A stretch of DNA of 64,000 bases from Gammaproteobacteria bacterium (GCA_965277715.1 OZ255836.1:3136001-3200000); one strand, 5' to 3'. Positions 37,378 through 48,800 are shown, counted from the stretch's first letter. Numbers and translations: made by a program. The notes: generated by a model not told the origin, from the letters alone.

Positions 37378-40156
37378 AAAATCACATAAGGTTTTTACCA
37401 TCAGTCAAACGGCGGCAGTCGCTGTGGTTTGTATGTTTATTTTGTTGATAAATGGTGTATTGACAGTATTTTTGCAGCGTGTGTATAACCAGCAGGATTT
37501 TGAAGAAGATGCACAGGCGCTATACCAGAATGTCAGCCATATTGTTGGTACGAGTGAGGGCGTCATCTCCACGCTGACAGGCGTTCACCAAACCAATGAA
37601 CAATTGGAGCGCTCTGAACTCGCGGCGATTACGCAGCAGCTATTTGAAACCTACCCGTTTATTTCCCAAATTGTAAAATTTCAAATTGTATACCTGGAGG
37701 AGCGCGATGAGTTTGAAGTATCGATGGCTTCACAGGGATATTACAACTTTCACATTAGAGCGATGAACGGCGCATCGGGAGCGTTTATTCCCCAGGAGAT
37801 CGCCGATCAGTATGCACCGGTAACGCATGTCGAGCCAAATGATCCGCTTGCTGCACGCATTGTCGGTGTGGATTTGTTCGCGCAAAATGAATTTGTTGAG
37901 ACCTTGGATGAAGCGATTGAAACAAACTCAGCAGCACTGATGATTCGACCTGGTTACCTGGGTGGTGATTTTACCTTATCTGTCGTCCGTCCAACGTATT
38001 TTGGCCACTATGTGCCCGGTAATGTTGCCGATCGTATAAGCCAGTTGGAAGGTGGTTTTATCGCTATCACCAATATGCAGACAGTTATCGAGCCGCTGGT
38101 TAAGGTAATGGGTTTTTCCGCTATGGATATCAGGCTGGGTACACCGGCAAAACAGGGTGTTATTAACACCCTTGTCTATCAATTTGCACAGCAATCAGCA
38201 ACACAATACCCGCAGTTAACACTGTTTGCCCCGTTTAAATGGCAGACGATGCTGCCGGTTGGGGAGCGTTTTCTCACGGTCAGTATTGAGCGTGGTTTTA
38301 GGTTGTCCAGTCTTCAGCTGGTTATTCTATGGCTTGTTATCGGTGTGACACTATCGCTGCAATGGGTCTTGATACGGGCCTGGTTCACGTGGCGAACATC
38401 GGAAATAGAGAGCTCTATTGCCAAGGAAACGGTGTACCGGGAGCGCGAACGTGCCGAAGTAACGCTGCAATCGATCGGTGATGCGGTAATTACAACAGAC
38501 CATAATGACCGCATTGTCTACTTAAACCCCATTGCTGAAAAGATGACCGGCAGCGCGCTAAGTGATGTGCGCGATAATTTGCTCAATGATGTCGTGGTGT
38601 TATACAGCGAAGAGCAGGGGGGAACGGTCTGTATGGCAGGTAAAATGGGTGATATGGAAACAACCAACCAGACGGATTACCTATTGCAGGGGAGTGATGA
38701 TACGTCAACGGCGGTAAAAGTGTCGTTGTCGCCACTGCACAACAGTCAATCAGAAATTATCGGGAAAGTGATAGTATTGCACGATATGAGTACCGTTAGG
38801 GAGTTGACCAATCAGCTTTCCTACCAGGCGACACATGACCCACTCACCGGGATAGCCAACCGGCGTTTTTTTGAAGAAAAACTGACACAGCTGATTAACC
38901 TGTCAGCGCAAAACGGCAGTGTACATGCGCTTTGTTACATTGATCTGGATCAGTTTAAATTAGTCAATGACACCTGTGGGCATACAGCGGGTGATGAGCT
39001 ACTGATTCAGCTCACGGGGCTGTTTAAGCAGCAAATCCGGGAGAATGACACTCTGGCACGGCTGGGTGGTGATGAGTTTGGTTTATTGTTGGAAAGTTGT
39101 GATACCTCACTTGCCGATGATTTGGCGCACCGTATCCGCTCTGCCCTGCATGCATTCTCCTTCAATTATAAAGATAAGGTATTTAATGTCAGAGCAAGTA
39201 TTGGTGTCGTGGAAATATCCAGGCAAAGTGGCGAGTTGGCCAATGTCCTGAGTGCGGCTGATATCGCCTGTTATTCCGCCAAGGATGCCGGTCGTGACGA
39301 AGTGCGTATCTACAATCCCAGTGATAAAGATACCATTTCCCGGCAAGGCGAGATGCGTTGGTTACCTTTTGTTCAATCGGCGTTGGCGAATGATGATTTT
39401 GTACTCTTTTTGCAGCCTATTGTGGCGTTGAGGGGGCGCAGTGAAAGTACCCGCTACGAAGTGTTATTGAGGATGGTGAGTGAAACGGGTGAGCTGATCC
39501 TGCCCGGTAAGTTTATTCCCGCCGCAGAGCGCTATGGGTTAATGAAAGAAATCGATCACTGGGTAATTGAGCACACGATAAAACGGCTGGGTACACACCT
39601 GGGCAGTGATGCCAATGCATCGCCACAAGTACAATTTTCCATTAATTTATCCGGTCAGTCGATTACAGATTTAAAGATTATCGATCATATCAACCAGGCA
39701 CTTGAGCGATACGCCGTGAACCCGGCGCTTGTGTGTTTTGAGATTACTGAAACAGCGGCGATTACCAATCTATCAGTCGCCGTTGAACTGATTAACACCT
39801 TAAAGGCGACCGGTTGCTGTTTCTCACTCGACGACTTTGGGACGGGTTTGAGTTCCTTTGCTTATCTGAAGCGTTTGCCCATTGATTATCTAAAAATCGA
39901 TGGCCAGTTTGTCAAAGGTATTGTCGATAGCCAATTTGATCAGGCGATGATCAAGTCAATGTGTGAAATTGCCAAGGTGTTTAATATAAAAATTATCGCT
40001 GAGCTGGTTGATAACCTGGAGGTAGCAAAAAAACTTGAAGCAGTGGGGGTGGATTTTGCACAAGGGTATTACTATGGATACCCCAGCCCGGCAGACGAGG
40101 TTTTACAACTTATCGAAACAGCAGGCTCGCCCCACTCAAAATCAGCAGGCCACTGA
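37370..40156 (+). CDS. membrane-anchored CHASE-like/PAS/GGDEF/EAL c-di-GMP enzyme
   Basis: two TM helices, TLQSIGDAVITTD PAS, RLGGDEF, EVLLR, FEITET, LDDFGTG; TTG start overlapping the upstream stop. Confidence 0.9.
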   Translation: MTKKSHKVFTISQTAAVAVVCMFILLINGVLTVFLQRVYNQQDFEEDAQALYQNVSHIVGTSEGVISTLTGVHQTNEQLERSELAAITQQLFETYPFISQIVKFQIVYLEERDEFEVSMASQGYYNFHIRAMNGASGAFIPQEIADQYAPVTHVEPNDPLAARIVGVDLFAQNEFVETLDEAIETNSAALMIRPGYLGGDFTLSVVRPTYFGHYVPGNVADRISQLEGGFIAITNMQTVIEPLVKVMGFSAMDIRLGTPAKQGVINTLVYQFAQQSATQYPQLTLFAPFKWQTMLPVGERFLTVSIERGFRLSSLQLVILWLVIGVTLSLQWVLIRAWFTWRTSEIESSIAKETVYRERERAEVTLQSIGDAVITTDHNDRIVYLNPIAEKMTGSALSDVRDNLLNDVVVLYSEEQGGTVCMAGKMGDMETTNQTDYLLQGSDDTSTAVKVSLSPLHNSQSEIIGKVIVLHDMSTVRELTNQLSYQATHDPLTGIANRRFFEEKLTQLINLSAQNGSVHALCYIDLDQFKLVNDTCGHTAGDELLIQLTGLFKQQIRENDTLARLGGDEFGLLLESCDTSLADDLAHRIRSALHAFSFNYKDKVFNVRASIGVVEISRQSGELANVLSAADIACYSAKDAGRDEVRIYNPSDKDTISRQGEMRWLPFVQSALANDDFVLFLQPIVALRGRSESTRYEVLLRMVSETGELILPGKFIPAAERYGLMKEIDHWVIEHTIKRLGTHLGSDANASPQVQFSINLSGQSITDLKIIDHINQALERYAVNPALVCFEITETAAITNLSVAVELINTLKATGCCFSLDDFGTGLSSFAYLKRLPIDYLKIDGQFVKGIVDSQFDQAMIKSMCEIAKVFNIKIIAELVDNLEVAKKLEAVGVDFAQGYYYGYPSPADEVLQLIETAGSPHSKSAGH

Positions 40157-40829
40157 TCAACCGTTTGTAGCTTAGCGATGAAATGCTGAGGTGCATCCTG
40201 CCACCGATATACAGGCCCAAACCGGCAATCGGTAAAAGCCACAGCAGTTCTATTGCCTCTTTACTCAGATAAAACCCTGCCAACAGAAACCCCGCGATGC
40301 GCAGACTGCCATCGACCACAAAATACGCCGCAAATGTAGGACGAAATGCCTCTTTTGTCAGCCCCCGGAACAGAAAATAGGTGACATAAAATGGCCCACC
40401 TGTACCGAACACCGTGCCCACACTGCCGCCCAGAAACCCAGAGGGGATTGCATACAGCCGGGATCCTTTATGGGTCGCTGCGGGCAGGAGTTGATAGATG
40501 GCAAAAGCAATAACAAATCCACCGAGGAGTTTCAGTAATAGCCCTGCATCGACCGTGTGTAGAACGAACAGCCCCAGCAGCACACCGACGAGGGTAAAGG
40601 GCAGCAATACCGCCAGCTCCCCCCATGCGATATGTTGGCGGTTATTGATTCCCTGAGACAGTGAGCCAAGGTAATCCATTAACACAACAATAGGCACAAC
40701 AGCCTCAAGAGGGTAGTTAAAAACCAGCAGAGGCACAGTAATCAGTGCAGAACCGAAACCGGCTATCCCTCGGACAAAGTAGGCGAAAAGCACCACCAGA
40801 AAAGGCAACACTGCACTGAGAAATTCCAT
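40110..40829 (-). CDS. sulfite exporter TauE/SafE family protein
   Basis: VRGIAGFGSALI, GTVFGTGGP, hydrophobic multi-TM protein. Confidence 0.85.
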   Translation of the reverse strand: MEFLSAVLPFLVVLFAYFVRGIAGFGSALITVPLLVFNYPLEAVVPIVVLMDYLGSLSQGINNRQHIAWGELAVLLPFTLVGVLLGLFVLHTVDAGLLLKLLGGFVIAFAIYQLLPAATHKGSRLYAIPSGFLGGSVGTVFGTGGPFYVTYFLFRGLTKEAFRPTFAAYFVVDGSLRIAGFLLAGFYLSKEAIELLWLLPIAGLGLYIGGRMHLSISSLSYKRLISGLLILSGASLLFR

Positions 40830-40998
40830 AATCCACCTGTTGTCATAAACGATTACAAGTGGCTGATTCTACCTGGGGAAAACGAATCAAAGAAGCTATA
40901 TCTTATTGAAAATATTAGAAATTATGCCATATAAATGGCGTCAAATTAATAGCGTACAGCACAATAATTTGACGCTTTATCTGTTTATTTTTACGATA

Positions 40999-41042
40999 CA
41001 GGCACTTCCGGGCGTCAATTAATTAACGCCTGGAAGTGCCTG
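40999..41042. terminator. long hairpin downstream of the FAH-family gene
   Basis: CAGGCACTTCCGGGCGT ... ACGCCTGGAAGTGCCTG. Confidence 0.5.
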
Positions 41043-41062
41043 CCGGGTACGGGTAATACTGC

Positions 41063-41833
41063 CTAACCGGGAAACGGATTGCCCAACACACCGAGCCCTT
41101 CAATAATCACCTCGACAACAGCATTTTCCGGCATCCCCCGTGCACCTACCGAAGTGCCACAGGCGATAACGTCACCGGGCAATAACAGCATATCCCGTGA
41201 GATTGCACTGACGATCTGGCGGGGTGAAAAAATCATATCGGCAACCGGGTAGTCCTGTAGTGTTTCACCGTTAACCTTGGCGATAACGCGTGCTTCGTCC
41301 GGGTTGAAATTATCGACAATCATCGGCCCCACGGCACCGAAAGTAGGGCAGCTCTTGGCGCGTGTCCACTGTGTGAATGAGGCGTCGGCGCGCAACCAGC
41401 CACGCGCTGTCAGGTCGTTTACGCAGGTATAACCAAAAATATAATCATCGACACGCTGTTCGTCGACCTGATAACAGCGCTGCCCGATAACCACGCCCAA
41501 CTCTGCTTCAAAGACCACATCGCCATCATAGCCCGCTGGCCTGAGAACAGTGCCACCTGCGGGTAACAAGCAGCTACTGGTTTTAGTGAAATATAAAGGG
41601 TGGGCCGGTATATCGAGTTTTTCCTTCTCTGCGCGTTCGTAAAAATTATTCCACAGCGCAATAAAGTTTTTGGGTGAAACAGGGGTTAATAACCGCACGG
41701 CCTCCAGCGGCACTTCATCATCTGTTGATACCGGCGAGGAAAACAGATTGCCACGGAATATTTCAATAGTAGTGCCTTGCAGTTGACCTATACGTATTTT
41801 ATCTTCGTGCTCAAAACGAACCCAGTTAGCCAT
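41063..41833 (-). CDS. fumarylacetoacetate hydrolase family protein
   Basis: ALWNNF, FEAELGVVIG, GYTCVNDLTA, WTRAKS, GDVIACGTS. Confidence 0.9.
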   Translation of the reverse strand: MANWVRFEHEDKIRIGQLQGTTIEIFRGNLFSSPVSTDDEVPLEAVRLLTPVSPKNFIALWNNFYERAEKEKLDIPAHPLYFTKTSSCLLPAGGTVLRPAGYDGDVVFEAELGVVIGQRCYQVDEQRVDDYIFGYTCVNDLTARGWLRADASFTQWTRAKSCPTFGAVGPMIVDNFNPDEARVIAKVNGETLQDYPVADMIFSPRQIVSAISRDMLLLPGDVIACGTSVGARGMPENAVVEVIIEGLGVLGNPFPG

Positions 41834-42000
41834 ATCGACTCCTAAACAGTTGGTGTTTCAGGGGGTGTCAAGCTAAACAATTATTGTGAGGTCTGTCGAT
41901 AGTTTTCAGTGTATTTTTCCTACATTGTGCATTCTTTCTGTTTATCCACGGAGGTTGACCCTATAATGCGCGCCCTTTGCACGCTTTAGAGATAAACCCG

Positions 42001-43815
42001 GTGACCGACAAACTTCGTAACATCGCCATTATCGCGCATGTTGACCATGGCAAAACCACGTTGGTCGATCAGCTACTGCAGCAATCCGGCACGCTGGATA
42101 TGCGCACCACCCCTACCGAACGGATTATGGATTCCAATGATCTGGAGCGTGAGCGCGGCATCACTATTTTGTCCAAGAATACCTCGATTGTGTGGAATGA
42201 CTACCGCATCAATATTGTCGACACGCCCGGCCATGCCGACTTTGGCGGTGAGGTTGAGCGCGTTTTATCGATGGTCGATTCAGTATTGTTGTTAGTCGAT
42301 GCGGTTGAAGGGCCGATGCCACAAACCCGCTTTGTCACGCAAAAAGCCTTTGCGATGGGTTTTAAACCAATCGTGGTGATCAACAAGATTGATCGCGATG
42401 GCGCCCGCCCGGATTGGGTACTGGACCAAACCTTTGATCTGTTTGACAGGCTCGGTGCCAGTGATCAGCAACTCGACTTTCCCGTGGTGTACGCGTCGGC
42501 AATTAACGGTTATACAGGCCTGCATAGTAGTATCCGGGACGGTGATATGACGGCGTTATTGCAAACGATTGTCGATAGCGTGTCACCACCGCAAGTGGAT
42601 ACTGACGGCGCGTTTCGTATGCAGGTGTCCACGCTCGATTACAACAGCTATGTTGGTGTGATCGGCATTGGCCGCATTCAGCGCGGTATATTAAAGCCCA
42701 ACACACAGATCAAGTTGGTCAATCGCGAAGGCACGGTGCGCAGTGCGCGCATACTCCAGGTGCTGGGTTTCAAAGGTCTGGAGCGTATTGATGTCACCGA
42801 GGCTCGCGCTGGGGATATTGTCGCCATCACCGGTATCGACCCGCTGGACATCTCCGATACCCTGTGTGATCCCAGTGCTGTTGAGGCATTGCCTGCGCTC
42901 AGTGTCGATGAGCCGACGATCAGTATGACATTTCAACCCAATACCTCACCCTTTGCCGGTAAAGAGGGCAAATATGTCACCAGCCGCAATATTTGGGACC
43001 GTCTACAGCAAGAGCTAAAGCACAATGTGGCCTTGCGTGTCGAACAGGTTGGTGCAGAGAGCTACCGGGTTTCAGGCCGTGGCGAACTGCATTTGTCTGT
43101 ACTTATCGAAAACATGCGCCGTGAAGGTTATGAGCTGGCGGTTGGTCGGCCACAGGTGATTGTGCACGGTGAAAATGAAAACCGTACCGAGCCTTATGAA
43201 CAACTCACTGTCGACGTTGAAGATCAGTACCAGGGAGCAGTGATGGAAGCACTGGGTGCGCGCCGGGGGGAGTTGAAAGATATGGTGCCTGACGGTAAAG
43301 GCCGGGTGCGGCTGGACTATATGATGCCGGCGCGTGGCTTGATTGGCTTTCGTACCGAATTTCTAACGATGACTTCCGGTACGGGGTTGTTGTACAACGT
43401 CTTTGATCACTATGGTCCCTACCTGCCGGTACGCCTGGGCCAGCGCATTAATGGGGTTTTGGTGTCAATGGCGCAGGGTAAGGCACTGGGCTATGCACTG
43501 TTTAATCTACAGGAGCGTGGCAAGCTAATGATTGGCCACGGTCAGGCCGTTTACGAGGGTCTGGTGATCGGCATCCATGCGCGTAGCAATGATTTGGTGG
43601 TTAACCCATTAAAGGGCAAACAGCTCAACAATATCCGCGCTGCCGGTACGGATGAGAATATTATTCTCACCCCGCCGCTACGCTTTTCGCTGGAACAGGC
43701 GCTGGAATTTATCGATGACGACGAATTGGTCGAGGTCACACCGGTTGCGATTCGCATCCGCAAAAGACAACTCAAAGAGCACGAGCGCAAACGCACTGCC
43801 CGGCAAGTCGGGTAG
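42001..43815 (+). CDS. typA: translational GTPase TypA/BipA
   Basis: [47 protein letters not shown]. Confidence 0.98.
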   Translation: MTDKLRNIAIIAHVDHGKTTLVDQLLQQSGTLDMRTTPTERIMDSNDLERERGITILSKNTSIVWNDYRINIVDTPGHADFGGEVERVLSMVDSVLLLVDAVEGPMPQTRFVTQKAFAMGFKPIVVINKIDRDGARPDWVLDQTFDLFDRLGASDQQLDFPVVYASAINGYTGLHSSIRDGDMTALLQTIVDSVSPPQVDTDGAFRMQVSTLDYNSYVGVIGIGRIQRGILKPNTQIKLVNREGTVRSARILQVLGFKGLERIDVTEARAGDIVAITGIDPLDISDTLCDPSAVEALPALSVDEPTISMTFQPNTSPFAGKEGKYVTSRNIWDRLQQELKHNVALRVEQVGAESYRVSGRGELHLSVLIENMRREGYELAVGRPQVIVHGENENRTEPYEQLTVDVEDQYQGAVMEALGARRGELKDMVPDGKGRVRLDYMMPARGLIGFRTEFLTMTSGTGLLYNVFDHYGPYLPVRLGQRINGVLVSMAQGKALGYALFNLQERGKLMIGHGQAVYEGLVIGIHARSNDLVVNPLKGKQLNNIRAAGTDENIILTPPLRFSLEQALEFIDDDELVEVTPVAIRIRKRQLKEHERKRTARQVG

Positions 43816-43821
43816 CCGCGT

Positions 43822-43851
43822 GAAAACGGGCTTTCCTAAAGCCCGCTTTTC
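43822..43851. terminator. bidirectional intrinsic terminator between typA and gloA
   Basis: GAAAA-CGGGCTTT-cct-AAAGCCCG-CTTTTC. Confidence 0.7.
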
Positions 43852-43894
43852 CTCACAGGCCCGCCGCACAATGGATGGCGGGCAACGGCTGCCA

Positions 43895-44311
43895 CTACCA
43901 GCTTCCGGTATTGCCCATGCTCGCCCACGGCTCTTGTGATGGCAGTGGCTCGTCGGCCTGCAACAGCTCAATCGATATACCGCTGGGGTCTTTGACAAAC
44001 GCCATGCGGCCATCCCGTGGTGGGTAGAGAATAGTGACGCCACCTGCCTGTAACGTTTGGCATGTCGCGTAAATATCGTCCACTTGAAAAGCGAGGTGGC
44101 CAAAATTATCGCCGTCACTGTAGCTGCGCTCGTCATGGTTTTTGGTTAGCTCGATCTCCGGCTCGCCCTCCTCAGTGGCAAGGTAGTAGAGGCTGAAAGC
44201 ATCCTCCGGGTAATGGTTTTCGCGAACCAGTTTTAAACCGAGCAGTTCGGTATAAAATTTCAATGACGCCTCAACGTCGCGAACGCGGATCATGGCGTGT
44301 AAGTATTTCAT
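43895..44311 (-). CDS. gloA: lactoylglutathione lyase (VOC family)
   Basis: LHAMIRV, IELTKN, FGHLAF, PPRDGRMAFVKDP. Confidence 0.85.
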   Translation of the reverse strand: MKYLHAMIRVRDVEASLKFYTELLGLKLVRENHYPEDAFSLYYLATEEGEPEIELTKNHDERSYSDGDNFGHLAFQVDDIYATCQTLQAGGVTILYPPRDGRMAFVKDPSGISIELLQADEPLPSQEPWASMGNTGSW

Positions 44312-44371
44312 ATTGTTTTTCTCTCAAATTAGCCCAACGCCGCTGTCACTTGCGCAAAACAGAGCACGGCA

Positions 44372-45364
44372 TTAACCCTGTTCCAACAATGCGCGCAAAT
44401 CGATCACCGCTGCATTGGCGCTGGAAATATAAGACGCCATCACCAACGAATGATTAGCTACCAGTGAGAAACCACTACCATTTAAAATCATGGGGCTCCA
44501 GATGGTTTCTTGCGTGGATTCCAGCTCACGAATAATCTGTTTCAGGCTAACCAGTGCATTTTTCTTTTCCAGTACTTCCTTAAAATCGATTTCGATGGCT
44601 TTGAGAAAATGGATAAGTGCCCATGCAGCACCGCGCACTTCATAAAACACATCGTCGATTTCTGACCAGGGGGTTTTTACTTCCATTTGCTGAGGGGTGG
44701 CTGTCGATTGTGTGGCACTGGTATCACCCGCCAGGTCAATATTGATACGCACCTGGCCGACACTGGCGCTCAGGCGCTGTGCCATTGACCCCAGGCGCTT
44801 TTCAACCAGGGCCAGCCAGTCGCGCAAATTGTCGGCGCGTGCGTAAAATTGTGCATCCTGCTGTTCACTGTCCGCCAGGCGGTTCAGATAGCGCTGTAAT
44901 GCAACAATACCCGTTCGGTACTCGCCTTCGGTGGCCGGGAAAAACCAGGATTTGTTGTCGAAGTTAAACTGCGGCTCGCCCTTGGATAAATCTTTGTCTT
45001 CAACGGATTGGGATTGGGAGCGGCTAATATCATTGCGTAGTGCACGCGCCAGATCACGAATCTGGGTCAGTACGCCGAACTCCCAATTGGGGATATTGTC
45101 CAGAAACACACTGGGCGGTGTGGCATCGTTGCTCAGGTAACCGCCGGGCTTGTCGAGCATTCGCCGGGCAACTTCGATCAGTGTTGCGGTAGTTGCGTAG
45201 CCGGTCACCACCTGCTGCCCACTAACAGCAGCGGATTGCGCGGTTATATCGGCGACCACAAAAGTGGGCGGTTCACGGCTCCACCACCCACCTAATACAA
45301 AAAATACCAGTGCGATTACCAGTGTGGTGATGGCTATAACACGACCAGTGGCAAACTTTTCCAC
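44372..45364 (-). CDS. DUF2333 family protein
   Basis: KPGGYLSND, LDNIPNWEFGVL, SRSQSQS, FYARADNL, ANHSLVMASYIS. Confidence 0.85.
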   Translation of the reverse strand: MEKFATGRVIAITTLVIALVFFVLGGWWSREPPTFVVADITAQSAAVSGQQVVTGYATTATLIEVARRMLDKPGGYLSNDATPPSVFLDNIPNWEFGVLTQIRDLARALRNDISRSQSQSVEDKDLSKGEPQFNFDNKSWFFPATEGEYRTGIVALQRYLNRLADSEQQDAQFYARADNLRDWLALVEKRLGSMAQRLSASVGQVRINIDLAGDTSATQSTATPQQMEVKTPWSEIDDVFYEVRGAAWALIHFLKAIEIDFKEVLEKKNALVSLKQIIRELESTQETIWSPMILNGSGFSLVANHSLVMASYISSANAAVIDLRALLEQG

Positions 45365-45513
45365 GTGTTGCTTCTCCTCCGGTTAAATGCTTCAGTATAA
45401 GGGGTTTCACTGTATCGACAGATGGGTAAATTGCAACACCTTTCCCCTTTCTAAGAAATTGCGGGTTAGCTAATCGCTTATACGTTACAATTTAAGTAAT
45501 TTAACGAAGCTAT

Positions 45514-47691
45514 ATGACAATGAAAGCGATTAAATGGGTATTAATTGGACTGCTTGGGCTCGTCATTCTGGCGTTTATTGTCGTTGGTATTCTACTGCTG
45601 GCCATTGATCGGGGTGAGTACAAACAGGAAATTATCGAACAGGTTGAAACCCATACAGGGCGGGCGCTAACAATTGGTGGTAACCTCGATATATCGTTGT
45701 TTCCGTGGATTGGTATCAGCATCAGCGAACTGTCGATAGCCAATGCCCAGGGCTTTGGTGACGACCCCTTTGTCCAGGCCAAGGCCGCCAACGTCAAAAT
45801 TGAACTACTGCCATTGCTGCGCCGGGAACTGCGCGTTGATACTATTCAGCTTGTCGGTGTCGCATTGGATTTACAGCGCAATTCACAGGGTAGCAATAAC
45901 TGGGACGATTTAACCAAAAGTGGCGGCAATTCCACTGGCAATACATCATCATCGACGCCCAGTGCTGAAAATTCACCCCTCGCCGCGCTGGCAATTGGCG
46001 GTGTCGAAATCAGCGACTCAAAAGTCCGCTGGCGAGATCAGCAACAGGGCACCGATGCAATGTTGCAGCAATTTAACCTGAGTATCGGTCAGGTTAAATT
46101 ACACGAATCCTTTCCCTTATCCCTGTCTTTTACCTTCAATGAAGTCAGCAGTGCACTCAGTGCAGAAATGCGTGTCACCAGTGATGTAACCATTGATATA
46201 CAACAACAAAAATATCAATTGGCTGCGTTGGCATTTAACGCCGAAGTGCGGGGTGCAAGTTTGCCGGAGTCTGGTGTGTTAACTACCCTGTCAGCGAACG
46301 TTCTGGCGGATCTTGTTCAACAAACCATTGTCGTGAGTGGTTTAGACAGCTCACTGGCCGGTATTCCTGTTACGGGTGAGGTGCTTGTTGAGCGACTGAA
46401 CACGTCACCGGGTGTCTCGGGCAAATTGAATGTTTCAAAAGTTGATATTGCATCACTTATGCAACAATTTGCTATTGAGATACCTGAAACAGCGAGTAGC
46501 GATGTGCTCAAGTCCGCCGATGCACAACTGGCTTTCGCCGCTGACCCAAAAGCGCTGAGTGTTGACATTCTGGCCGCACATATCGATACGACCAGTTTGC
46601 AGGGGAAATTGAATGTCGCGCTGGGTAAAATACCCGATATTCGCTTTTCTTTGTCAATCGACAGTATCAACCTCGACCATTACTTACCGCCACCTGCCGC
46701 TACGCCAGTGGCGACGAATGAAGCCAGTGCAGCGAAAGACACAGCGGATCTGCCGATTGGTTTGCCACTGGCTGTACTCAAGGCACAAAACCTGACGGGC
46801 AAAGTATCGGTTGACCAGCTAACAGCGGCAAATATCAGGATGAGTGAGGTGCAGGTGCCGTTGTCTGTTCGCGATGGCGTGGCAACACTGAATGACCTCA
46901 GCGCCAAACTGTACCGGGGCACAGTGGATGTCAATGCGCGCATCGATGCCAGTGGCTCACAAACCCGGCCACCGTCGATGTCCGCCAAAGCCAATTTATT
47001 CGGTGTTCAGATTGGCCCGCTACTCAATGACCTTCAAGGTGATGGTGTACTTTCCGGGGCGGGTGATGTCCGCCTGGATTTGAGCACGCGAGGTGAAACC
47101 CCGCGTGCCCTGAAAGCGGCACTCAACGGTGATGTAGCGATGAACCTGCGTGACGGTGCCATTGATGGCATCAACATCGCCCAATCGCTGCGCAATGCAA
47201 AAGCCAGGCTAACCGGGCAGACAGTGGCGGACGATGACGCCCCGCTGTCCACTGACTTTTCCCAGTTGAGTGTCAGTGGAAAAATTAAAAAAGGTGTTTT
47301 GCACAGTGATGACCTGGATATGCGTTCACCCCTGTTGCGCGTCAGTGGCAAAGGCAGTGTTGATTTGAATCGCGAGTATGTCGATTACAAAGTGCGTGTA
47401 CTGGTTACCGATGACAAAACCGGGCAGGGCGGTAAATCCTATGCCGAACTTGCCGGTCTCAAACTATCGGTGCCCATACGGGGTTATTTTGACGACCTGG
47501 GCAGCGACTTTTCCGGTGCTGTTTTAGCGGCGATAAAACAAAACGCCAAAGATGAAATTAATGAAAAACTCGATAAAATAAAAGCTGAGCAGGAACAAGC
47601 GGTTAAAGCAAAAATCGAAGAAAAGAAAGAAGAAGTTAAAGAAAAGGCGAAGGATAAGTTAAAGAATAAGCTCAAAAGTTTATTCGATTAA
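45514..47691 (+). CDS. asmA: AsmA family protein
   Basis: TGRALTIGG, SLFPWIG, LLPLL, NNWDDL, DGAIDGINIA, TDF; upstream of mutY. Confidence 0.88.
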   Translation: MTMKAIKWVLIGLLGLVILAFIVVGILLLAIDRGEYKQEIIEQVETHTGRALTIGGNLDISLFPWIGISISELSIANAQGFGDDPFVQAKAANVKIELLPLLRRELRVDTIQLVGVALDLQRNSQGSNNWDDLTKSGGNSTGNTSSSTPSAENSPLAALAIGGVEISDSKVRWRDQQQGTDAMLQQFNLSIGQVKLHESFPLSLSFTFNEVSSALSAEMRVTSDVTIDIQQQKYQLAALAFNAEVRGASLPESGVLTTLSANVLADLVQQTIVVSGLDSSLAGIPVTGEVLVERLNTSPGVSGKLNVSKVDIASLMQQFAIEIPETASSDVLKSADAQLAFAADPKALSVDILAAHIDTTSLQGKLNVALGKIPDIRFSLSIDSINLDHYLPPPAATPVATNEASAAKDTADLPIGLPLAVLKAQNLTGKVSVDQLTAANIRMSEVQVPLSVRDGVATLNDLSAKLYRGTVDVNARIDASGSQTRPPSMSAKANLFGVQIGPLLNDLQGDGVLSGAGDVRLDLSTRGETPRALKAALNGDVAMNLRDGAIDGINIAQSLRNAKARLTGQTVADDDAPLSTDFSQLSVSGKIKKGVLHSDDLDMRSPLLRVSGKGSVDLNREYVDYKVRVLVTDDKTGQGGKSYAELAGLKLSVPIRGYFDDLGSDFSGAVLAAIKQNAKDEINEKLDKIKAEQEQAVKAKIEEKKEEVKEKAKDKLKNKLKSLFD

Positions 47692-47735
47692 TCAGGTCTA
47701 TACAATTGGCTAATCGTTACCTTTCATAGCTTGTA

Positions 47736-48797
47736 ATGTCGTCATTCGATTTTGCACAGACGGTGCTGCATTGGTTTCAGCAGCATGGCCGCAAAGACCT
47801 GCCCTGGCAGCAAAACCCAACACCCTACCGTGTTTGGATCAGCGAAATCATGTTACAGCAAACGCAGGTCAGTACGGTGGTTGGGTACTACCAGCGCTTT
47901 ATGCAGCATTTTCCCACCTTGGCGGACCTTGCCATCGCACCTGTTGACCAGGTACTGGCACAGTGGTCTGGTCTTGGTTACTACGCCCGTGCGCGCAATC
48001 TGCATAAAGCGGCAAAAATAATTGAGCGGCAGTTTGATGGTGAACTGCCCGAGGATATTGAGCAGCTAATTGCATTGCCCGGTATTGGCCGTTCGACCGC
48101 AGGGGCTATTCTCAGCCTTGCCTGTAAACAGCGGCAAGCGATTCTGGACGGTAATGTGAAGCGTGTGTTGGCGCGTTACTTCGCTGTCGAGGGTTGGCCG
48201 GGAAATACACAGGTTGCCAAGGTGTTATGGGCACATGCCGAGCGGCTCACCCCACAGCGGCGGGTCGATCACTATACCCAGGCGATGATGGATATTGGCG
48301 CCACCCTGTGCACACGCACTAAGCCCGCGTGTGAACGTTGCCCACTACAGGCACATTGCTGTGCCTTTGGGCAAAGCCGTGTAGCTGAGTTCCCCCACCG
48401 TAAACCTAAAAAGGTACTGCCGGTTCGCCACCGACATATGTTGTTACTGGAAAACGACCGTGGGGAAGTACTATTGGAAAAACGCCCACCCAGTGGTATT
48501 TGGGGTGGTTTGTTGGGTTTGCCGGTATTTGATAATGCCAGTGACTTGGTGCGTTGGTGTGAACAGCGGTTTGGTGTGGTGGAGCATATTGCCGATTGGG
48601 CGACCGTCCGGCACACGTTTAGTCATTTTCACATGGATATTGCGCCGGTACATCTGCGCATTGTTACGCCTGTGCAAGCGGTTATGGATGCAACTGGACA
48701 GGTCTGGTATAAAGGCGGCGTGTTGCCGGGTGGGCTGGCGGCCCCGGTTTCCCGGTTATTAAATCAGTTTTTTGACGAATCGTTTAGAGGAATATGA
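47736..48797 (+). CDS. mutY: A/G-specific adenine glycosylase
   Basis: SEIMLQQTQV, GLGYYARARNLH, LPGIGRSTAGA, CTRTKPACERCPLQAHC. Confidence 0.97.
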   Translation: MSSFDFAQTVLHWFQQHGRKDLPWQQNPTPYRVWISEIMLQQTQVSTVVGYYQRFMQHFPTLADLAIAPVDQVLAQWSGLGYYARARNLHKAAKIIERQFDGELPEDIEQLIALPGIGRSTAGAILSLACKQRQAILDGNVKRVLARYFAVEGWPGNTQVAKVLWAHAERLTPQRRVDHYTQAMMDIGATLCTRTKPACERCPLQAHCCAFGQSRVAEFPHRKPKKVLPVRHRHMLLLENDRGEVLLEKRPPSGIWGGLLGLPVFDNASDLVRWCEQRFGVVEHIADWATVRHTFSHFHMDIAPVHLRIVTPVQAVMDATGQVWYKGGVLPGGLAAPVSRLLNQFFDESFRGI

Positions 48798-48800
48798 GAT

